Below the pieces are notes generated by a model. The model saw nothing but the letters and a program-made list of their open reading frames with translations. It was not told where the DNA came from and searched no databases. A DNA stretch of 64,000 nt from Spirochaetia bacterium (GTDB lineage Bacteria; Spirochaetota; Spirochaetia; DSM-27196; Salinispiraceae). The position numbers and the translations under genes were made by a program. The stretch is taken from NCBI GenBank assembly GCA_038204425.1, contig JBBRCZ010000006.1, forward strand, positions 1 through 64,000. The letters run 5' to 3'. Positions 58,753 to 64,000 of this stretch are shown piece by piece (within the stretch, counting starts at the first letter, position 1; each line of letters starts with the position of its first letter).

Positions 58753-58862
58753 ATGGTCAAAATTGTGATTGTGTCGAGACATAATGTCTAGAATAACCGA
58801 GACACGGAATAGACCTAATAGTTGACCAGACTATAAATGACTATGAAATCGCTCTGAATGAT
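58753..58862 (+). pseudogene. Decayed N-terminal remnant of a GT2 glycosyltransferase
   Basis: MVKIVIVSRHNV-stop-NN then, after a frameshift, GIDLIVDQTINDYEIALND, paralleling the GT2 consensus IVPVYNVE..CIDS..QT..DYEII..D. Confidence 0.55.
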
Positions 58863-59020
58863 ATTTGTTTTCGCAATCCATTTGCCCCTGGTCCGTTAGC
58901 GCAAAGTCTTAGCATTTGCAGTTAGTCCAAATAGGGACGCGACATAAAAGTCAAAAGTAAATGGGTTGCCGTAAAATCTTCTGCATTCTACAAAATAAGT
59001 ACCGTAAAAATGAGTAAACA

Positions 59021-60541
59021 TTGAGAATCAAAAATTCCATGAAGAACATCAGCTTTTCTCTTTTCTCCTACTTCTTTATTTTTATTTCAAAGTATATTGC
59101 AAGGTATTTCTTTATCTACGTATTTGGGAATGAGCTCCTCGGCGTGAATGTTTTGTTCTCAAATATAGTTTCTATGCTTTCGTTGGCTGAGTTGGGCTTT
59201 GGCGTTGCTGTTACAACGCTGTTGTATAAACCTCTTCAAGAAAAAAACATCGAATACATAAAGTCTATAATAAAATTTACCAAAAAGATTTTCTATTTCG
59301 TAGCTGGATTTATGCTTCTTGCTGGAATTTTTGCATCATTTTTCATTGATTCAATAATTAAGGATTCTCCATTTGATCCAGTTGAAATTAGATGGTTCTT
59401 TTTGCTTTTCTTGGCCAGCTCAGTGGTTTCATACTTCAATTCAGATAAACTTATACTTTTGATTGCCGATCAAAAGCAGTATTTTGAAAAGATTGTTACG
59501 ACTATCGCTTCGCTAACGCTTGTGGTTGTCCAGATAGTGGTTTCAATTATCACTCGAAATTTCTATTTTTTCTTGTTGGTTCAGATATTCATCACGATCG
59601 CGCAGAACATTTTTCTTTCAAGAAGAATTGTGAGGCTCTACCCCTATCTTAAGGATCGTAGCGTGCTTCCAATTTCCCACCAAGATCTAAAAGAGCTTCG
59701 AAAAAACATGCTTGCGATGTTGAGCCACAAACTGGGTGGTGTTGGGGTTCTCTATACTACGAATATCATAATTAGTATGTTTATTGGCATATCAGAAGTA
59801 GGTTTGTTTTCAAATTACAGCCTAATATTTTGGGCTATATTGGCGCTATGTTCTCAAATATTCGATGGGTTTACTGCCAGTATTGGTAATATCTGGGTTA
59901 CTGAGTCAGTCGGTACAGTCTATTTACATTTCAAAAGAATAATGTTGCTTAACTATTGGATCTATACTACGGCTACAGTTTGTCTAATAGTTCTTATTCA
60001 ACCACTTATTGCGCTATGGTTAGGCGCAGAATACAAAATAGATCTCCCTATTGTGGTAATACTAATCATCAACTTTTATTTCACCGGGACTCGAAGTGTT
60101 GTCAATAGTTTTAAAAATACCAAAGGATTGTTTTGGAATGATAGATTTAAGCCAATTGCCGAAATACTCGTCAATCTAATCGTTTCTCTGGTCCTTGTTA
60201 ATTTTTTTGGACTAATTGGTATATTTTTGGGTACTACCGCGAGCATGTTGTTCGTTGTTTTGTGGGTTGAACCGCACATTCTGTTCAAATATGGTTTAAA
60301 GATGCCCAGTAGACTGTTTTTCGTTCAGTACTTTTTGATGTTTTTTCTAACTGGGCTTCTGTCGACGGTCTTGTTTTTTGGCACAATACTTTTGCAAAAT
60401 GATGCAATCGGTCTGCTGGTCAAGTTGGTGTTGTGCATAGTTGTGCCAAATGCAGTTTTATATTTAATATATAGAAGAAACGAGGCGTATCTTTATCTAA
60501 AGAAGGTCGGTTTATCACTATTGACTCGAACCAGAAATTAG
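59021..60541 (+). CDS. wzx: Wzx-type polysaccharide flippase
   Basis: Highly hydrophobic (about 14 TM); LSLAELG, LYKPL, ADQK, YTTNIIIS..G..SNY, GLF. Confidence 0.88.
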   Translation: MRIKNSMKNISFSLFSYFFIFISKYIARYFFIYVFGNELLGVNVLFSNIVSMLSLAELGFGVAVTTLLYKPLQEKNIEYIKSIIKFTKKIFYFVAGFMLLAGIFASFFIDSIIKDSPFDPVEIRWFFLLFLASSVVSYFNSDKLILLIADQKQYFEKIVTTIASLTLVVVQIVVSIITRNFYFFLLVQIFITIAQNIFLSRRIVRLYPYLKDRSVLPISHQDLKELRKNMLAMLSHKLGGVGVLYTTNIIISMFIGISEVGLFSNYSLIFWAILALCSQIFDGFTASIGNIWVTESVGTVYLHFKRIMLLNYWIYTTATVCLIVLIQPLIALWLGAEYKIDLPIVVILIINFYFTGTRSVVNSFKNTKGLFWNDRFKPIAEILVNLIVSLVLVNFFGLIGIFLGTTASMLFVVLWVEPHILFKYGLKMPSRLFFVQYFLMFFLTGLLSTVLFFGTILLQNDAIGLLVKLVLCIVVPNAVLYLIYRRNEAYLYLKKVGLSLLTRTRN

Positions 60542-60733
60542 ATAAGTGGTTAATAGTTGGTTTGTTGCGATTGGGCCTTAGTTTCTGGTGTACAAAATAC
60601 TAAACAACCGCGACCACGTTTTGAATTGCATTGGGAATCTTTATTGTCTCAATTGCTTGTCGTTCTATACTGTAAAAAATGGCGGTCACTACTAAGCTGC
60701 GTTTTTTTAGGATCGTCTAATAGGGAGGAAAAA

Positions 60734-61687
60734 ATGAAGTCAGACAGCAAAGCAGAAATATTGGTATCAATTGTCATTCCCGTTTATAAAGGCTCTAACT
60801 TTGTAGCCCAAGCAATTGAATCTGCCTTGGCGCAAACCTATACTAATATCGAAATAATTGTTGTGAACGATGGCTCGCCTGATGGCGGAAGAACGAAGAA
60901 AGCTTGCGAGCCGTACATGGATAAGATCCAATACATTGAAAAAGAAAATGGCGGAGTTTCAACCGCGTTGAATCTGGCCATAAAGACAATGAAAGGGCAG
61001 TACTTTTCATGGCTAAGTCACGATGACTTATATTTGCCAACAAAGATTGAGCGTAATTTGCAAGCAATTGAAGCGTGTTCCAGTGAGATAGTTGTACCCT
61101 ATTCGGATTACGAATACATTAATTCCAATTCTAGTATAGTTAAAAAAACGTATGTGAAGTCAAACGAATGTGCCATGGTTAGTGTTTTGATGGGCAATAT
61201 CAATGGGCTTTCGCTTTTGATTCATAGATCTTGCTTCGAAAAAGTGGGCCTTTTCGATGAAAAAGAAACAACTATTCAGGACTACAAACTTTATTTTGAA
61301 CTTGCCAAGCACTATCGTTTTGTACACACGCAGGAAATTCTTGTAGCTAGCCGCATTCATGGCGCTCAACAGGGTAAAGAAAAGTATGGCGAGCATATTC
61401 AAAGGTCGGATAGATTCTTTGTTTCTTGCCTGCAGGAACTTGAAGCGAATTTTTTGCAAACATTACCAACTAGAAAGTCCAAAATTTTTTTTGATATCGC
61501 TTACCGGCATCGACGCAATGGCTACAAGCAAACGGAGAAAACTGCCCTGAAAATGGCCTTTCGATATCGAAATTCGCGTTTTGATTATGGCATCAACGCA
61601 TTGGCTTACAGAGTAAAAACGCTTGCCGTGTTTTATCCATGGCTGGTTCTAAAGTTCTTGTATGGAAAAATTAGGAAACTGTCGTAA
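60734..61687 (+). CDS. GT2 glycosyltransferase
   Basis: VSIVIPVY, QTY, VNDGSPD, NGGVSTALN, WLSHDD, QDY. Start at ATG 60734 after GGAGG. Confidence 0.92.
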   Translation: MKSDSKAEILVSIVIPVYKGSNFVAQAIESALAQTYTNIEIIVVNDGSPDGGRTKKACEPYMDKIQYIEKENGGVSTALNLAIKTMKGQYFSWLSHDDLYLPTKIERNLQAIEACSSEIVVPYSDYEYINSNSSIVKKTYVKSNECAMVSVLMGNINGLSLLIHRSCFEKVGLFDEKETTIQDYKLYFELAKHYRFVHTQEILVASRIHGAQQGKEKYGEHIQRSDRFFVSCLQELEANFLQTLPTRKSKIFFDIAYRHRRNGYKQTEKTALKMAFRYRNSRFDYGINALAYRVKTLAVFYPWLVLKFLYGKIRKLS

Positions 61688-63060
61688 TGGTACAGCATAT
61701 TTCCGTAGTTAAAGATGCGTTTCCAATTGCACGAGTAACGATTCTGTTATTGTTGTTTTACGCCGCAAGTGCTTGGATTTCTGGGCCACAAAGCGCCGTA
61801 TTTTGCATGATCCTAGCTAGCATAATTCTTTACGTCTATTTTGTTTCCAAGAAGCTTGGCCTATACCAATCGCTGGTGCTCTTGATACCCTTCCTGGTTT
61901 TATTTGATTCACCATTGTTTGCGTTTACCGCCTTTAACCTCCGAATCTGGTATGCAATTGTAGTTGTTGGCATTATACGAAAAGTAATTCTATTGTTAAG
62001 CGGAAGAGTTCGATTCTCCGGAAAAAAAATAGTGCCAATAGTTTTTTTTGTTGTGCTCTCTGTGTTCCATTTCATTATCGATGACCAGAATGGGCGACTT
62101 TCAAATATCAAATACTGGCTATTTACTATCGGTGCTGCCTTGATTCTTGTTGCGGATCTCAAGCCAGTTTTTATTAAACAGAAGAGGTTCATGCTGGGGT
62201 ACATTCTTGCCATGATCTATTTTGTTACATTATTTGGGCTTGTACAGTATGCGGCAGTCAAAACAGGGTTGGGGCAACGCTTTATGTTAAATCCTTCGAC
62301 AGTTCGACCTGATGCATTCTTTTCTGAGACAACCTGGTATGCTAGCTATGCTTTATTTGGACTGATCTTGTTATTCTACTATTGTACCCACTACATGAAA
62401 TCAACTGGATTTCTACTAAGTTTGACCTTTATTGCAGCAATCTTTATTTCAAATACCAGAAATGCATATTTAGCCATCGCGCTTGTATCTTTGTTTGCAA
62501 TGCTTTTTTTTGCGGGAAGATTGCATTTGCCATTTTCGAAGCACTTGGCAAAAGGATATTTTTTACTTCTAATAGTTATATCTATCGTCATTTCGTTTGT
62601 TCTACCATTGGTTGCCGACACAGTAGCAAATCTGCAGGTTAAGCTGTCACTGCAGGACGCCTCGGCTATGGGTCGTGCCACCGGTTTTACTAAATCATTT
62701 CAACAAATTTCTGCCTCCCCATATCTTGGGCAGGGCTTCAACTGGTCCATGGAGGACACGATACAGTCAGCCGGAACAGCAATTGGTGCTAAATCATTTA
62801 ATCTGTTTCTGCAGATCTTTCACATCTTTGGTCTTCTTGGACTAGTACCTTTCGTGATCATAGTTGGTCGCCGTCTGTCTTGGCTTGGTCTTCGTACGAT
62901 TGCTTTGAATAGTTTAGAATATAGATATTCATTTTATTTCTTCTTAGCATTCTTAAGCATGTCATTTTTTGCGCCAATTCATCAGCACTCTGCGGGAGTG
63001 TTATTTCTCGCAGTTTCAGCCTGGCTAGGAAACGAGAAGATCAATGAAACCAAAAATTAA
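61687..63060 (+). CDS. O-antigen polymerase/ligase (Wzy/WaaL) family membrane protein
   Basis: Multiple TM helices; R...FSE, SNTRNA, SAMGR, PYLGQG, NLFLQ...FGLLG. Confidence 0.78.
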   Translation: MVQHISVVKDAFPIARVTILLLLFYAASAWISGPQSAVFCMILASIILYVYFVSKKLGLYQSLVLLIPFLVLFDSPLFAFTAFNLRIWYAIVVVGIIRKVILLLSGRVRFSGKKIVPIVFFVVLSVFHFIIDDQNGRLSNIKYWLFTIGAALILVADLKPVFIKQKRFMLGYILAMIYFVTLFGLVQYAAVKTGLGQRFMLNPSTVRPDAFFSETTWYASYALFGLILLFYYCTHYMKSTGFLLSLTFIAAIFISNTRNAYLAIALVSLFAMLFFAGRLHLPFSKHLAKGYFLLLIVISIVISFVLPLVADTVANLQVKLSLQDASAMGRATGFTKSFQQISASPYLGQGFNWSMEDTIQSAGTAIGAKSFNLFLQIFHIFGLLGLVPFVIIVGRRLSWLGLRTIALNSLEYRYSFYFFLAFLSMSFFAPIHQHSAGVLFLAVSAWLGNEKINETKN

Positions 63061-64000
63061 GTTTGTAATGCTCCAACTCAAACTCGGTGGAGGCAACAAA
63101 GTATTTGTCGAACTTGCCAAAGTTCTCAACGGTCTTGGTTTCGATTGTGAATTGATTGTCGGCGCCACTAAACACCATGATAGCCTCAAAACGGATAGCA
63201 TTGTGACAAGCAAAGTTGGTTATCGGTCAACAAACATTCTTTCACGAATGCTAAGTTTGTTTGCTCTTTTGAGAAAACTATTTTTTGCTGAGCGCCATGA
63301 CGTCTATGTTTTTTCGGACCCATTTGTTGCATTGCTTATGTTACTTGTGCCCAGTAAACGAATGATGAGATTTATTCAAGCGGACGACTATCGCCTTTTC
63401 GATGGCAACCGCAAGTTCCCCCAATTCTTGCTTTCTATATACCATTTTCTAATGCAAATTAGTTTTTTGAAACGCAACGTCACAATGATATTCAACTCGC
63501 AATTTGTCTATCAACAATACCGAAAGCGAGGCCCAAGCCTTCAAAAGGCTAGATTTGTGTATCCGGGCATAGATCACAAAGATTTTTTTTGCGAAACCAA
63601 TGCCGTCAGGATCTCCGATTCAATAGCTGTCCTAGCAAGAGAAGAACCCGTCAAGGGACTAAAAGTGGTCGAAGATGCTCTTGAGATACTCAAGAGTCAA
63701 GGTCATTTCGTTAAGCTTGCCAAGATTAGCTACTTCGGTACTCGTCTGCTTGCATCTCGACATCCGGAACTTGAGCATGTGCAGACTAGTTCCTCCTGTC
63801 CGAATCGATACGTTCTTAGTCGGACTGACATGTTTGTCTTTCCTTCTCTGCGCGAGGGATTTGGCCTGCCTCCACTCGAGGCGATGGCATGTGGATGCGC
63901 TGTTATTGCTTCTGATTGCGGGGGAGTAAGAGAGTATGGTAAACATAATGACAATTTGCTTTTCTTTACAGCTGGTGATGCACGAGACTTGGCAAGTAAG
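63044..64000 (+). CDS. GT4 glycosyltransferase, truncated by the window edge (absent from the ORF track)
   Basis: ATG 63044 reads MKPKIKFVMLQLKLGGGNKVFVELA; in the same frame near 63827 is DMFVFPSLREGFGLPPLEAMACG. Confidence 0.88.
   Translation, partial: MKPKIKFVMLQLKLGGGNKVFVELAKVLNGLGFDCELIVGATKHHDSLKTDSIVTSKVGYRSTNILSRMLSLFALLRKLFFAERHDVYVFSDPFVALLMLLVPSKRMMRFIQADDYRLFDGNRKFPQFLLSIYHFLMQISFLKRNVTMIFNSQFVYQQYRKRGPSLQKARFVYPGIDHKDFFCETNAVRISDSIAVLAREEPVKGLKVVEDALEILKSQGHFVKLAKISYFGTRLLASRHPELEHVQTSSSCPNRYVLSRTDMFVFPSLREGFGLPPLEAMACGCAVIASDCGGVREYGKHNDNLLFFTAGDARDLASK

Noticed and set aside
60557..60733. 59-aa N-terminal extension of the GT2 given in the ORF track
   Set aside because: A strong GGAGG precedes ATG 60734 and the GT2 domain starts right after it.
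548..63954. Many short antisense or alternate-frame ORFs in the track (for example 548-1144, 21362-21955, 37987-38562)
   Set aside because: They overlap well-supported genes and have no motifs or start signals.
1..64000. CRISPR array, tRNA, rRNA, prophage or anti-phage defence genes
   Set aside because: No repeat-spacer periodicity, cloverleaf or recognisable gene of these types; intergenic gaps are short. By-eye inspection could miss a small RNA.

Overview
A 64-kb gene-dense bacterial chromosomal segment, probably from a spirochaete (inferred from the ParE type, chemoreceptor type, LoaP and FMN-binding proteins). Left to right it carries: an IS91-like transposase remnant and AT-rich gene fragment beside a duplicated 3' end of parE; a Tgt fused to an MnmC/MnmD-type methyltransferase; a secreted VIT/DUF2135 protein; an aguA-aguB-speA putrescine operon; a five-gene signalling cluster containing an orphan solute-binding lipoprotein; a GH112 phosphorylase and GH35 galactosidase; a DeoR-linked divergent amino-sugar locus in which nanE directly precedes a non-PFL glycyl radical enzyme and its activase (plus ROK kinase, oxidoreductase and PIG-L deacetylase); transport, chemotaxis and redox genes; and a LoaP/MarR-headed surface-polysaccharide locus for an acetamidino-modified legionaminic-acid-type sugar that runs off the right edge. 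The two best candidates for undescribed biology are the NanE-linked glycyl radical pathway and the Tgt-methyltransferase fusion. I saw no rRNA, tRNA or CRISPR array. All calls come from motif recognition by eye; no searches were run.
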